Assembly: GCA_964016885.1 (NCBI GenBank)
Contig: OZ024745.1
Coordinates: forward strand, 126,046,001-126,110,000
DNA from: Eledone cirrhosa
Lineage: Eukaryota
Length of the DNA stretch: 64,000 nt
Direction of reading: 5' to 3'
A model generated the notes under the pieces. That model ran no database searches. It worked only from the letters and a program-made list of their open reading frames with translations, and had not been told where the DNA came from. A program made the position numbers and the translations under genes. This document shows positions 41,548 to 55,502 of the stretch, piece after piece (positions within the stretch are counted from its first letter, which is position 1; each line of letters begins with the position of its first letter).

Positions 41548-43239
41548 TATATATACATATGTGTGTGTGTTCTGTAGACAGCGATTAAATAATATAATTC
41601 GCCTTCATCTGCAAGAAGATTTAACTGAGAACGAATGACACTTCTTTTAACTTTAGTGTAACCATTTATCAGAGTTATTTATCCTTTGTTTAGTATTTCT
41701 CACTCATGTCTGCCCGATATCTGAAAACATTGACTTAATCCATACAACTTTGCACATAGCTTTAACATAATCTCAATGTCTCCACAGTTTAGACAAAATT
41801 CTGAGAGGATTTTCAAAATGTAAAGTCTAGTTGATTAAACTCTGCAATAAATAAGTTAGAATATATTTGTGTACTTTTATGATTGTCCTTTGTATATCAG
41901 TTCGTTTCTCAGGCCTGCTTATCGTGTCTATTAACATACATATACAGTATGTGTATATGTGTGAGCTTCTTCTGCACATGAGGTAGCTGGCAGTTGCGGT
42001 TCTGTTACATTGTCTATGATAACAAATGCAAATTTCACTGCCTACGTCGGCGTGGCTTTCTGACTTCGGCAAATATAAATACTATACTAAAGTAAATAAA
42101 CTTTACAATCAAATATGTCGTTGAAAGTTTTATCGCTTTCCTGTCACAAAATAAATTTTCCTTTCAAGCGATTCGTATTATAGTGCACTCCTAGAGTAAA
42201 GGCTAAGGAGTAGGTGAGAGTCGATAAAATATAAACTGTTTTCTTTAAAAATCGGTACGGGTTCGCATCTTATCGGAGCTACTGTGGTTGGCTGTTTTTG
42301 CTGCTTATTATACGGCCATCCTCCATATTTGCTTACTTAAGTTGGGTGTCATTATTTTGCAAAGAAAAAACGTCGTTGTATTAAATTAAATAAACTGCAA
42401 GATAAATATATCGGTTCATGTTTGCATGATTTATATGTTAAAAGTGGAATTTTCCCTTCTTTCTATGCATTTACGCACACACACACACCTACACACTTAC
42501 ACCATGCGGACAGCTCGAGACACGATCATTGTGTGGATCTCTTTGATTCTGGATCCGCAGGTTCGACGGACACGTCTAATGATTTCGGAGCAAATTCTTT
42601 CACAGGTCCGCCTGACAGCATTTCCGTAGTTGATTTCAATGTTAGATTAAATTCAACATATATTCCAGAAGAGAGCTATGACTGTTTCGAAAAGAAATCT
42701 CAATAATCGTTTCCTTCAGTTAAGTAACATCATATAAATAATTTAATGAATGTACACAATAATATATGTACTCATTCATGTGTCTGTCTATTGTATCCAT
42801 CATTGTGTATTGAGTAACTATTTATAGGGTAAATGCATTAAGTGAAGATTTCATTTACAAAAGTGAAAGAATAATCGTATTCCTTAATTGCAACAGTAGA
42901 AGCTCTTGTCTTCGTAACTTCTATTACCTCATCAATTAAACTCTTTCACATCTCTTTAACTGGATTCTAACCTCACAAAGTGGAAGTCTGACATACACAA
43001 GATTATTCAAAATGTTTATAATAAGTGCCTTTGTTGGAAAACTACTTCTGACTTAGTAAATATTTCTGGTGCAGTGTTTGGTAGTGTATCCTAGTTAAAT
43101 GTTCATAGTCACTATAATAAAAGAGGAACTGTTGAACACCAAACAGGATAAAGCAACGTTTGAATAAAAGCTAAGTTTTAATGCAACTCCTGACATCATA
43201 CCGAAATTGTATGAATGCTTAATTTGTAATAGAGGCGTA

Positions 43240-43627
43240 TAAGGTGGTAGAGTTGCAAAATTGATAGTGTTGGATAAAATGCCATCGTGGTATTTGTTCT
43301 GACTCTTTAAATTGTGTGTTCAAATGGCATTGAGGCCAACTTTGCCTTTCATTCTTCCGAGGTCGATAAAATAAAGTACTAGTCAAGTACAGGGATTGAT
43401 TTAATCAACTTTGCCCTTCTTGCAAAGTTACTGGGGTTGCGTGGAAATTCGAAATCACTATATAATTGTTTCTACATTTGACACAAGCCCAGCAATTATT
43501 GGGGAGGGGAAAATTGACCTCAGTGCGTGACTGGTACTTTATTTTATTGACCCCGTAAGTTTGAAAGGCACAGCTAACCTCGGCAGAATTTGATCTCAAA
43601 TCGTAAACAACCATAACTCTATGCTAC
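43240..43627. mobile_element. Two convergent SINE copies (about 43240-43430 + and 43462-43627 -)
   Basis: Family core present in both orientations. Confidence 0.75.
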
Positions 43628-43644
43628 AAAGCTCCTCAGACTTC

Positions 43645-43800
43645 TGTTATTACCACAACAGAAGTCCGGCGGGCCTTTGATTCCAGAGACGGGCTAGATC
43701 GATACAGATCGAACCTTGAGCTGATCAATAGCGAAACGCGCGTCACTACTCAATAAACGCAATGAAGATATAACAAATGGTTCTTTTCATTTCAACTATA
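43645..43800 (+). mobile_element. PLE-like remnant with degenerate hammerhead, same family as 4391-4545
   Basis: AGT-CCGGCGG-GCCTTTGAT...ATCAATAGC-GAAA-CGCGCG-TC-ACT, then (TA)n. Confidence 0.65.
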
Positions 43801-44912
43801 TATATATATAGTTGGCCTCAATGCCATTTGAACACACAATTTAAAGAGTCAGAACAAATACCACGATGGCATTTTATCCAACACTATCAATTTTGCATCT
43901 ACCACCTTATACGCCTCTATTAAGCATTCATACAATTATGTGTGTGTGGGTGTGTGTGTATATATATATATATGTATATATATACGAATGCAATAGGATC
44001 GAAAATTAGAACTGTGTATTGGCGAAGTGATCTACTTTCACCTTTTTTGCGCCTAACTAATTATTGAACAAACAAATTAATAATTAGATTAACATAAAAT
44101 AAATTAGTGCACGCATGCGCGCACACATACATAAATAAATATATGTATATATATATGTGTATGTGTATGTGTTTGTATGCATGTATGGATGGATGGATGC
44201 ATGTGTACGTGTGAAATTCTTCGGTTACAGCTTGCACTATTTCTGTACACGTGTTCAAATACACACATATATATATACATACATATACGTTTACACACAT
44301 ACACACACATATGTATACATATATATATATATGTATACACATATATATGTGTGTGTATGTGTGTGTGTGTGTGTATCTATATATCTCTCTTTTCGTTGCT
44401 TCACCCTTCGTGTCTGCTTACATTTTTTTCTCTCTCCCCCCTTTTTTATACCAATAACTTATTTTAGTTATTCTTCGCCCTAGGCTGAGATATCTTGTTT
44501 CTAACGCGAAGAAATACCTATGATTCCTAGCAGACAACTGACGATGGATATTCCCCTCTTTCGCCCGTAACTTTTATGTTCATTATATTTAATTGCAACC
44601 ACACAGCTTGCCATTTTATTCATATATATATATATATATATATATATCAAGGGTACCAAAACTTGAAATATATATAATAGAATAAATATTGTTTTATAAC
44701 TATAGTTTCCATTTATTTAATATCATTGTTATTATACTCCAGAAAACTTGTCGAGTGCTTCGAATCAGTTATAAACATATATATTTGTTGAATTAACAAC
44801 ATATATATATATCACGATAAATTAACGGAGTCAGATTCCATACACTGGTGGTTTTTCCCTGTTTTATTGATGGCGCACTATCTCTCTCTAGTGTGTTACC
44901 TTTTCAACATAT

Positions 44913-45002
<90 letters not shown>

Positions 45003-45028
45003 TACTTGGAGAGAGAGTGAAAGAGAGT

Positions 45029-45087
<59 letters not shown>

Positions 45088-45685
45088 GTGTGTGTATATG
45101 TATGTACTTAGACACATACAAAGCTATGTATACATGAATATACATATGTCGGTGTTTGAGTATGTTCAATTACCGCCAACCACCTTAAACAAAATCTTAA
45201 TTGCTCTGGTTGTTTCCACTAACTACGTTACAATTACGAAAATCAATTTATCAGAAAAAAAGAGTTAATATAATCTTTTTGAAAGGTTCATTAGAGTTAT
45301 TTAATTAGCTTGCCTTGTTGCTGTGCTGATACTGACTATCCCAACTGACCTATAGTTTATCAGCCTGAAACATACAGTTTACTAATATATTTAGCTAGCT
45401 TATGATTTTTCTATAGATTTTTAATGTTTTTTGTATTTTATTTTTAGAAAGTTTCAGCTGGGAAAATGTGAACAGTTTTCATCTACCACGGAATGGCAAC
45501 ACATTCTTTCATTTGGTATGGATTCTATACTACCATAATGAAACCGTACTGCCTCAGTTTACCAGGCATTGAATAAGGTACAGCTCATCACTGGATTAAT
45601 AAAAGCAAACGCTGTTGTTGTTTAGACTCAGGTCAATCTTAACTTAGTAGACTGACGATCAACAACATTCTTTTGTACAGAATAT

Positions 45686-46375
45686 TACAGAGATGTAACT
45701 GTAAAGCATGTGATAGAACATGTGACAGAACATGTGACAGAACAGGTGTAACTGTAGAATATGTGACGGAAAATAATACAGGTGACTGTAGAGTATGTGA
45801 CAGGACATAACACAGCTGTGACTGTAAAGTATGTGATAGAAAATAACACAGATGTGACTGTAGAGTATGTGACAGGACATAACACAGATGTAACAGTAGA
45901 GTATGTGACAGGAAATAACACAGCTGTAACTGTAAAGTATGTGACAGAAAATAACACAGCTGTAACTGTAGAGTATGTGACAGGACATAACATAGATGTA
46001 ACAGTAGAGTATGTGACAGGAGATAGAACTGATGTAACTGTAGAGAATGTAACAGAATATGTAACAGGACGTAGAATTGATGTAACAGAACATAGAATTG
46101 ATGTAACAGAACATAGAATTGATGTAACAGAACATAGAATTGATGTAACAAAACATAGAATTGATGTAACAGAACATAAAATTGATGTAACAGAACATAG
46201 AATTGATGTAACAGAACATAGAATTGATGTAACAGAACATAGAATTGATGTAACAGAATATAGAATTGATGTAATAGAATATAGAATTGATGTAACAGAA
46301 CATAGAATTGATGTAACAGAACATAGAATTGATGTAACAGAATATAGAATTGATGTAAAGCATCGAATTGATGAA
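45686..46375. repeat. Composite minisatellite: 39-bp units grading into 21-bp units
   Basis: GATGTAACTGTAGAGTATGTGACAGGACATAACACA-type units, then TGATGTAACAGAACATAGAAT x about 14. Confidence 0.9.
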
Positions 46376-46897
46376 ATATGTAGCAGTTTGTTTTAACTAT
46401 AACAGTGTTCCAAGTGTTTTATGTGTTAGTGTTTTAAATCTGAGAAACTTGTGACACTCCTTAGCAAAGACAGTTGGGTGGATACTGGGTCAGAATAATA
46501 GCAGTGCTGCAGCTTTACATGACAGCGGGTGGCCAAATGTATGAACTGGAATGGTTCCTTCTGTTCTGCAACTTAAAATTTGAAGTATATTGTAGTATAT
46601 TGTGCTGCAGACAAACGGCAAAGCTAAAATAACAACAGACAAAGGCATATGAACTTTTGTGAGCTCATAACCACATGCATGACAATATGTCACGCTGATA
46701 TACTAACATCATTTTTTTCTTTTTCGTATCCGTCTCGGGCATGAGAAGGGCCTTTGTCCTGCAGGGAACAGAGTCAGACTGCTGAGCCGTTTGTTTATAC
46801 ACATGTGCATAAGCACGGACACATACACACACACACATACCCGTATACATACATACATACATACATACATACATACATACATACATACATACATACA

Positions 46898-46930
<33 letters not shown>

Positions 46931-46950
46931 GTATGTATATGTATATATAT

Positions 46951-47144
46951 AAAGAGTCGGGAACTGACGGCTGAGTTCTTGCCGTTTCAACAGCTAGTTC
47001 CAGACTGAAACTAGCTGTTGAAATGGCAAGAGCTCAGCCGTCGGTTCCCGATTCATTATAATATATCTATACTCTACAACATAAAGCATCGAGTATTCTC
47101 TTGAGTAATAGTCTAACAAGTTTCAAACTGATTTCACCCTGATC
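46951..47144 (+). mobile_element. Fold-back element related to family C
   Basis: Arms about 46948-47001 / 47005-47060; GACGGCTGAG.TC..GCCGTTTC shared with 6449 and 7391; about 85-bp tail; TA flanks. Confidence 0.75.
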
Positions 47145-47153
47145 TATATATAC

Positions 47154-47289
<136 letters not shown>

Positions 47290-47608
47290 ATTTGTGTATA
47301 TATATATATACACTATACATAATGAATAAACATTGAATTAATTAATACATTAACGATTCCAAATGTTTTAATCAATACAATAGGAAAATACATTTCTACT
47401 GTATTGACTTCTTCAGAATATATTAACCAACATAAATAACATAATCATTTACCAGACACGTCTGAACATCTCAAATTCGAAAACATAAACAAATGTAAAA
47501 TACATTTGGGAAAGTGTTAAATCTTTATGGAAGACTAAACAAGCAATTAAATATTTATTTTTAATGAAGATATAACGGTCAAATATTTGAAAATATTTTG
47601 CTTAACTA

Positions 47609-48001
47609 CGAGGGTAATCCCAAAAGTAAGGTCTCCAAAGCGATGGGGCCGCAGAAAAACTGTTCGTACGGCTGTTGGCAACACTGTTGTGATTGGTGCT
47701 TCCTTCACTCCCAAACAAGCATGCGCGCGCTTCTCTGGGATGCTCAATCTTGGCTTGGCAGCCGTTGAGAATGGAGCTCCCGTTGAACGCTACCGCCAAG
47801 TGCGAATTTTGCGCAGTTATTATATACGAGGGCAATCTCCAAAGTATAGTCTACTTCCGGGAAAACATGCGTAAAGATCGCCGGATCACTCTGGATGCTG
47901 TCTACATTTTGGTTCCTGAGGTTTCCCGAAGCACCATCCAAAGGATTTTAACGGAAAAGTTGCAATATCGGAAAGAGACCTTACTTTTGGGATTGCCCTC
48001 G
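47609..48001 (+). mobile_element. Internally deleted mariner element
   Basis: 27-bp TIR CGAGGGTAATCCCAAAAGTAAGGTCTC; TA TSD; transposase N-terminal remnants [17 protein letters not shown] and RKDRRITL...[18 protein letters not shown]. Confidence 0.9.
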
Positions 48002-48070
48002 TATATACACCCATACACACCTACATACAAATACATATACATACATATACGCACACACACACATCCACAT

Positions 48071-48171
<101 letters not shown>

Positions 48172-48751
48172 TATATACACACATATACATATATATATAT
48201 ATATATACACAAACATATAAATATACATATACACATACATACACACATACATATATATATATATATACAAGTATATATATATATACACACAAACATATAT
48301 ATTTAGACATATATGTGAAGGCTTTTTGCAAACACATAAACACACACACACACACACAGACATATATATATACATATATATATATATACACACACATGTA
48401 TATATACACACATGTATATACATATATTGATGTAATTTAGGTTTAAAATGGCTAACAAACTAAATTTTATGAGATAATTTAACTTAGAGGCAGAAAGGAT
48501 CTATGAGACGACTATTGGGTGCGTTAAGCCGAAATAATTTAATGTAATTTAATCCTGGTTGTTTTCATTCATTTTATATATGCTCTGTGATATTGTAAAA
48601 CTTCTGGTATTAGATATTTACCGATTGGATTAAACTCGGAATTGTCATTTACCTATCTTGCTGTGAACTACATAATCCCATTTGAGCTTTGAATTATTCT
48701 TTGCCTTTATATTATTGTGTTATCAACTCATCTAATCTATTGTATATATAT

Positions 48752-48850
48752 ATAGGGTGTCCCAATAAAATTGACATTTTGTTTGCCTAGGACATGTAGT
48801 TGCTCAGATATTCACATTTCAAATTATGTCAAATTTTTGGGGTCACCCTG
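48752..48850. mobile_element. Tiny Tc1-like MITE
   Basis: AGGGTGTCCCAATAAAATTGACAT / ATGTCAAATTTTTGGGGTCACCCTG, TA-flanked. Confidence 0.7.
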
Positions 48851-48898
<48 letters not shown>

Positions 48899-49278
48899 GT
48901 GTGTATAAACATATATATAAATATATTATGTAATAAACAACACAATATAATTATTCCATTACCCAAGGTTTCGCGAAGTTAGACGATTCTAACAGAAACG
49001 CCTGATATCGCTCATCAAATAGAAATCTTATCTTTCTATTTGACGAGCGATGTCAAGCTAGCTTAGTGAGGTTGCCGGTTTCGGCGCCGACGACCCGACC
49101 ATATAACAGGTTGCACTGGGATACATGTTACCAGTCGCGCTCGAGGTCAATCTGGTATATATAATTATATACAGATGATTACAGACATACATACATATGA
49201 GCGTGTATACAAAAGTACATACATACAAACATACATACATACTTATATATATACGTACATATATATATACATATATAT

Positions 49279-51170
49279 CTTAGTCTTAGTCTTAGTTCCT
49301 CCAGTCCCTTGTGGAACATTGGGCGACGAGCTTCCTCCACTTGATCCTGTCACTGGCGGCCCTTCTAGCACCTCTCCAGGTAATTCCCATCTCCCGCAGG
49401 TCCTCCCTGAATATGCTCCGCCATGTTTTTCGTTCTCTCCTGCCACCTTCTGGTACCCACTCCATGGCAATATGAGCAGGTCGATCTGCCGGCAAACGGA
49501 GGATGTGGCCCGCGAACCGCCACCTCCTTTTCCGGACAATGTCGCTTAACCTCTCCAATCTTGACCTCCTCATCACTTCCTCGTTGCTAACTTGGTCTCT
49601 CCATGAAATTTTCAATATAGTCCGACGGTGGAATACATCAAGCTGGTTACATACACTTGCCGTACTCTTCCATGTCTCACAGGCATATATCGCTGTTGGA
49701 ACTACAGTGGACATGTAAACACGGAATTTGACGGCGTTGCCGATGGAACACCTGGACCATACCGGACGGAGTCGCTGGAAGACCGCCGCTGCTTTTCCCA
49801 GCCTTGTGCACACATCCACCTCAGCATCCTCATCGTCAGAGATGTTGCTGCCAAGGTATTGGAAGTGGTTTACACATTCAATATTACGCTGACCAACCAC
49901 GAGGAAGGATGTTAAGAACAAAAGAGATCAATCCCAAACTCGACAGCAATGGAAGGAAGTGGACAAAGAGTACAGACGTCTTGACAAGGAAGTAAAGAAG
50001 AGCTGTCGAAAAGACAAGCGCCAGTGGTTAGAAGTTCGGGCTGCAGAGGCACAGATGGCAGCAGATCGAAATGATTCCAAGACGCTGTACGGGATCGTCA
50101 GAGAGTTAACTGGAGGACGAAGTGGAAGCAGTTTGCCAATCAAGAGCAAAGATGGTCGGATGCTTGCAGCCAGTGAAGAGTAGGCCCAGAGGTGGAACGA
50201 ACAGTTTCGTGAGGTCCTCAATCAGCCATCCCCCCAACACAGTCTTCGAGCTTGACTGGAAGGAAGCGAGCTACCGGCTGGATGTACGACTAGACGACAT
50301 CACAAGAGCTGAGGTGGCCAAGGCCATCCGCTGCCAAAAGAATAACAAAGCTGCAGGGCTGGATGAGATTCCTGCAGAGCTTCTGAAGCACGGCAAGGAT
50401 GTAATAGAGGAGCTGCTCACCCATTTATGCAATGTGATTTGGCAAGAAGAGGAGGTGCTGGAGGACTGGGAAAATGGAGTGATTGTACAACAACTGGAGA
50501 GGGATCACGTTGCTATCAGTGCCAGGGAAGGTATTCTGCACAGTCATCCTGAACCGGCTGAGAGCAGAAATAGATCGTCATCTTCGAGACGAACAGGCTG
50601 GCTTCCGCAGTGGAAGGTCTTGTTCAGAGCAGATCTTCACTCTCCGAAATATCATTGAACAATGTCGGGAGTTCCACAGGTCCCTTGTTGTCAACTACAT
50701 TGACTTTAGGAATGCTTTCGACAGTGTTCATCGGAAGTCATTGTGGAAGATTGTAAGACTCTACGGTGTCCCAGAGAAATATATTAACATCTTCAGGTCG
50801 CTGTACCGACATTCCATGTGCTGCATTAGGACAAAGGACAGAAACACGGAAATGTTTGACATCTTGACGGGTGTTCGACAAGGATGCATCCTTTCGCCTT
50901 TCCTTTACCACATTGTCATCGATTTCATCATGAAGAAGACAATGAGTGACCCTCGTTTTGGCATCAGTTGGGAGGGAAGGAGATTAAGCGATTGGACTTT
51001 GCCGATGACATCGCAGTGATAGGCCATTCCCGAGAAGACCTGCAAGAGATGACAAACCTTCTAAATGACAATGCAGAGAAAGTTGACCTGCGCATCAGTT
51101 GTGAAAAAAACCAAGACCATGTCGACAGGTGACCCTCCAAATCCTCCCATCATGGTTGGTCAGCGTAACA
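49279..51170 (-). mobile_element. RTE-clade LINE, 5'-truncated, with inverted 5' part (49900-51170 reads on +)
   Basis: + segment encodes RT motifs (NWRGITLLS, EQAGFR, IDFRNAFDSV, GVRQGCILSP, FADD) with stops/frameshifts; - segment encodes FQYLGS...YACETW...RWRFAGHILR; (TAAGAC)3 tail; 12-bp TSD ATACATATATAT. Confidence 0.92.
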
Positions 51171-51261
51171 ATACATATATATACATAGATATATATATAC
51201 ATATGCATACATATGTATCTATATATATATATATACATATGCATATATATGTATATATGTA

Positions 51262-51539
<278 letters not shown>

Positions 51540-51597
51540 ATATATATATATATATAATATATATTACATATATACATATATATATATATATATATAT

Positions 51598-51647
<50 letters not shown>

Positions 51648-51649
<2 letters not shown>

Positions 51650-51842
51650 TAGAAGGGGGTATTTAATTTGTTGGAAGTCCGACAAATATAAATGTTTATA
51701 ACTATTTTAGAGCACTCAACATTTAACTGGAGTAAATATTCAAAGATGTTAAATAAATGGAAACTATATTTATAAAACCATATTTATTTTATTATTTATA
51801 TTTCAAGTGTACAAGGGTACCCTTGAACCCTTGAAATATGTA
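51648..51842 (-). mobile_element. Family B tail with short fold-back
   Basis: Matches 37366-37520; small palindrome centred on GGTACC (51817-51822). Confidence 0.7.
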
Positions 51843-52024
<182 letters not shown>

Positions 52025-52192
52025 GTATCCACAGTAAGTTGTGGGGTCTATTCTGCATGAAGAACTCGATGTAATCCATATGTTGAAAATGTTGTAGGTT
52101 CAGATAAATCCCGGAAAACAATAAAACATTAAAAGGAAAACAGAGTCATGATATAAGTTAAAACAATTTTAACTTATATGTATATATATACA

Positions 52193-52261
<69 letters not shown>

Positions 52262-52272
52262 TATATATATAT

Positions 52273-52325
<53 letters not shown>

Positions 52326-52340
52326 TATATATATATATAT

Positions 52341-52389
<49 letters not shown>

Positions 52390-52419
52390 CACATATATAT
52401 ATATATATATATATACACA

Positions 52420-52492
<73 letters not shown>

Positions 52493-52899
52493 CTCACGTG
52501 CGTGCATGTGAATACGTTTGTGAAGATGTGTGTGTGTGTGTGTACCATCATTTACAAATTCAAGAAAATGTCAGTAGTTCAGCCATTATATAGTTCGACT
52601 GGTTGAAAGAATTTACATAGGTTTTTTTCGCTTTCCTCGTGCACATTTTTCAACACTTTCTGTTTTTCAGTGTTTGGGGAACCACCAAGATAAGCAATAC
52701 GGTATTAGATAGCATAATGAGGTTTATTAATAATCTAGGTTAATGCTGGATGAATAGCAATTTTAAGTGCAGGCAATTTTATGAGCAATACTGCATCTAG
52801 GGGCAGATGTATATGATATTAAACGATGTTTTTACAAGCGCAAAATCCTTCAAAAGCCGCGACTTCAAAATTATCAGATATGCCATAAATTTGTTTCAT

Positions 52900-52941
52900 G
52901 TTACTCTTGTTGTTGTTGTGTATTGGTGGTGGTGGTGGTGG

Positions 52942-52977
<36 letters not shown>

Positions 52978-53955
52978 GTATTGGTGGTGGTGGTGGTGTT
53001 GTTGTTGTTGCCGTGTTGTTGTTGTTGTTGTTGTTGTTGTGTGTTGGTGGTGGTGGTGGTGTTGTTGTTGCCGGGTTGTTGTTGTTGTTGTTGTGTATTG
53101 GTGGTGGTGGTATTGTTGTTGCCGTGTTGTTGTTGTTGTTGTTGTTGTGTATTGGTGGTGGTGGTGGTGTTGTTGTTGCCGTGTTGTTGTTGTTGTTCTT
53201 GTTGTTCTTGTTGTTGTTGTTGTTGTTGTTGTTGTTATTGCTAGTGTTTCATATGATGTTGAAACTGTTGTCGTTCCGACCGTTGCTACTAGTATTGTCG
53301 TTTGTTGTTTTTCTGTTGCAGCTGTTGCTTGTACTATTGATGTTGTTCTCGCTGCTGATGTTACTGCTGCAACTGTTGCTGCTGCGACTGTTGATGATGT
53401 GACTGTTGCTGCTGGATTGTTGCTGCTGTGGCTGTTGCTGCTGCTGTGATTGTTGCTGCTGCGACTGTTGCTGCTGTGACTGTTGCTGCTGTGATTGTTG
53501 CTGCTGTGACTGTTGCTGCTGTGTCTGTTGCTGCTGTGACTGTTGCTGCTGTGACTGTTGCTGCTGCAACTGTTGCTGCTGTGACTGTTGCTGCTGTGAC
53601 TGTTGCTGCTGTGACAGTTGCTGCTGTGACTGTTGCTGCTGCGGCTGTTGCTGCTGCAACTGTTGTTGCTACTCTTGTTGTTGTTGTTGCTACTGTTGTG
53701 GTTGTTGTTGTTGCTACTGTTGTGGTTGTTGTTGTTGCTACTGTTGTTGTTGTTGTTGCTACTGTTGTTGTTGTTGTTGTTGCTACTGTTGTTGGTTCCA
53801 TTGCTGTTGTTGTTGTTGATACTGTTGTTGTCGTTATTGTTATTTCTATTACTGTTGTTGCTTTTAATATTGTTGTTGCTGTTGCTACTGTTGTTGTTGT
53901 TGTTGTTGCTACTGTTGCTGTTTCTATTGCCATTGTTGCTGTTGATACTGTTGTT
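52900..53955. repeat. Trinucleotide-based array (GTT/GGT/GCT) with a 15-bp higher-order unit
   Basis: GCTGCTGTGACTGTT repeated within (GTT)n. Confidence 0.9.
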
Positions 53956-54030
53956 AAAGAATGTAGTGTAGAATGTGTTGTTTAGCCAGCCCTAGATTAT
54001 CCCCAAATTGAGCTCACCTATGCTGTAAAG

Positions 54031-54265
54031 AAGACATGTCAAGCTGAGGGTCCTCGAGGGACGCATGAGTCACATATATGCTGTTTGAGGGCCACACATG
54101 ACATAATTGCGCACATTACAACTAATAGGTTTTTTTTTTATTTTATATTACTCTCGCGCTGTAAAAACCTTTGTGCGGGCCGCAGATGTGCTTGTAAAGG
54201 GCCGCAGTTGTGCTTGTAAAGGGCCGCAGATGTGCTTGTAAAGGGCCGCATGTTTGACATGTCTG
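54031..54265. mobile_element. hAT MITE
   Basis: TIRs AGACATGTCAA / TTGACATGTCTG; 8-bp TSD CTGTAAAG at 54023-54030 and 54266-54273; internal 22-bp repeat x3. Confidence 0.85.
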
Positions 54266-54608
54266 CTGTAAAGCATTCCAGTCGTACCTATCGCGTCATT
54301 TTGTATATTCTGTTCTGGCAGTTTCTCGCACATGCCGTCTATGGAAATTTCTTCCGGCTTCTTTCTTTCCTGACTCCAAACAATTTGCAAAAATTCAAAA
54401 GTAACACCAATCATCATATTCCCCATCCTTCAATTATGTTCTCTCTGTTTTCTTTTTGTTTGTTGTTGTTTTTTAGCCTGTTTTTGTTGTTGTTGTTGTT
54501 GTTGTTTTTTGTTTGTTTTTTGTTTGTTTTGCCTTTTCCCTGCTCAGTAGTGGCTTCATTGCTTTGTTTAAGAAAAAAAATAGGGAATTATTGTCCAATG
54601 TAATATAT

Positions 54609-54898
54609 GGCGGTGGATTGGCAGTATCGGTAAAGGGTCGGACGCCATGCTTTTTGATCTGAGTTCAAATACCGCCGAGGTTAACTTTGCCTTTCATCCT
54701 TACGGGGTCGATAAAATAGAGTACCAGTCACAGACTGGGGTCGATTTAATCGACTTCCTGTCCCCAAAGAAACCATTATATTATATTATATTATAGCCGA
54801 GGTTAACTTTGCCTTTCATCCTTAAGGGGTCGATAAAATAAAGTACCAGTAATACACTGGGATAATTACTGGCCTTGTGCCTAAAGTAGAAACAATTA
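54609..54898 (+). mobile_element. Tandem SINE pair with (ATATT)n tails
   Basis: Units about 54609-54780 and 54796-54898. Confidence 0.85.
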
Positions 54899-55471
54899 TA
54901 TTATATTATATTATATTATATTATATTATATTATACGATATTATATTATATTATATTATATTATATTGTACTATATTATATTCGGTTTTCTTACTTTATA
55001 TTTAAGTCTAACATAATACTGAGTTGATCTTCAATTTATTATTTTTATTCTAACAAACTTTTTTATGCTTCAACTTCTAGATGTTATTTCCACGTGATAT
55101 GTATAAATATAAACACGTTTATTTTATTACATTAACTACTGTATACGTGTATATGTGTGTGTGATTCTGTGTTTACATGTGTATGCTTCTATGTGTATAT
55201 GTATGCGAATGCATTTGTGTAACTGTGTACATACGTACATACACATACGTACGTACCTATATACATACACACGCCGACATACATACATTCACACAAACAT
55301 ACATATATTCATACATACCTACATGCATACATGCCTACATTCATACATACCTACATGCATACATACCTACATACATACACACACATATACATACACACAT
55401 ACATAAATACATACATACATACATACATACATACATACATACATACATACATACATACATACATACATACA

Positions 55472-55500
<29 letters not shown>

Positions 55501-55502
<2 letters not shown>

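Noticed and set aside
42501-42681. Possible minus-strand exon (CAG acceptor, GTAAGT donor)
   Set aside because: All three frames hit a stop; the 3' part matches the repeat at 7200-7270 and is better explained as a decayed hammerhead-bearing element.
52807-53985. Poly-Q, poly-T/A, poly-C and poly-V ORFs (mucin- or keratin-associated-like)
   Set aside because: Trinucleotide array open in most frames on both strands, with no unique flanking domain.
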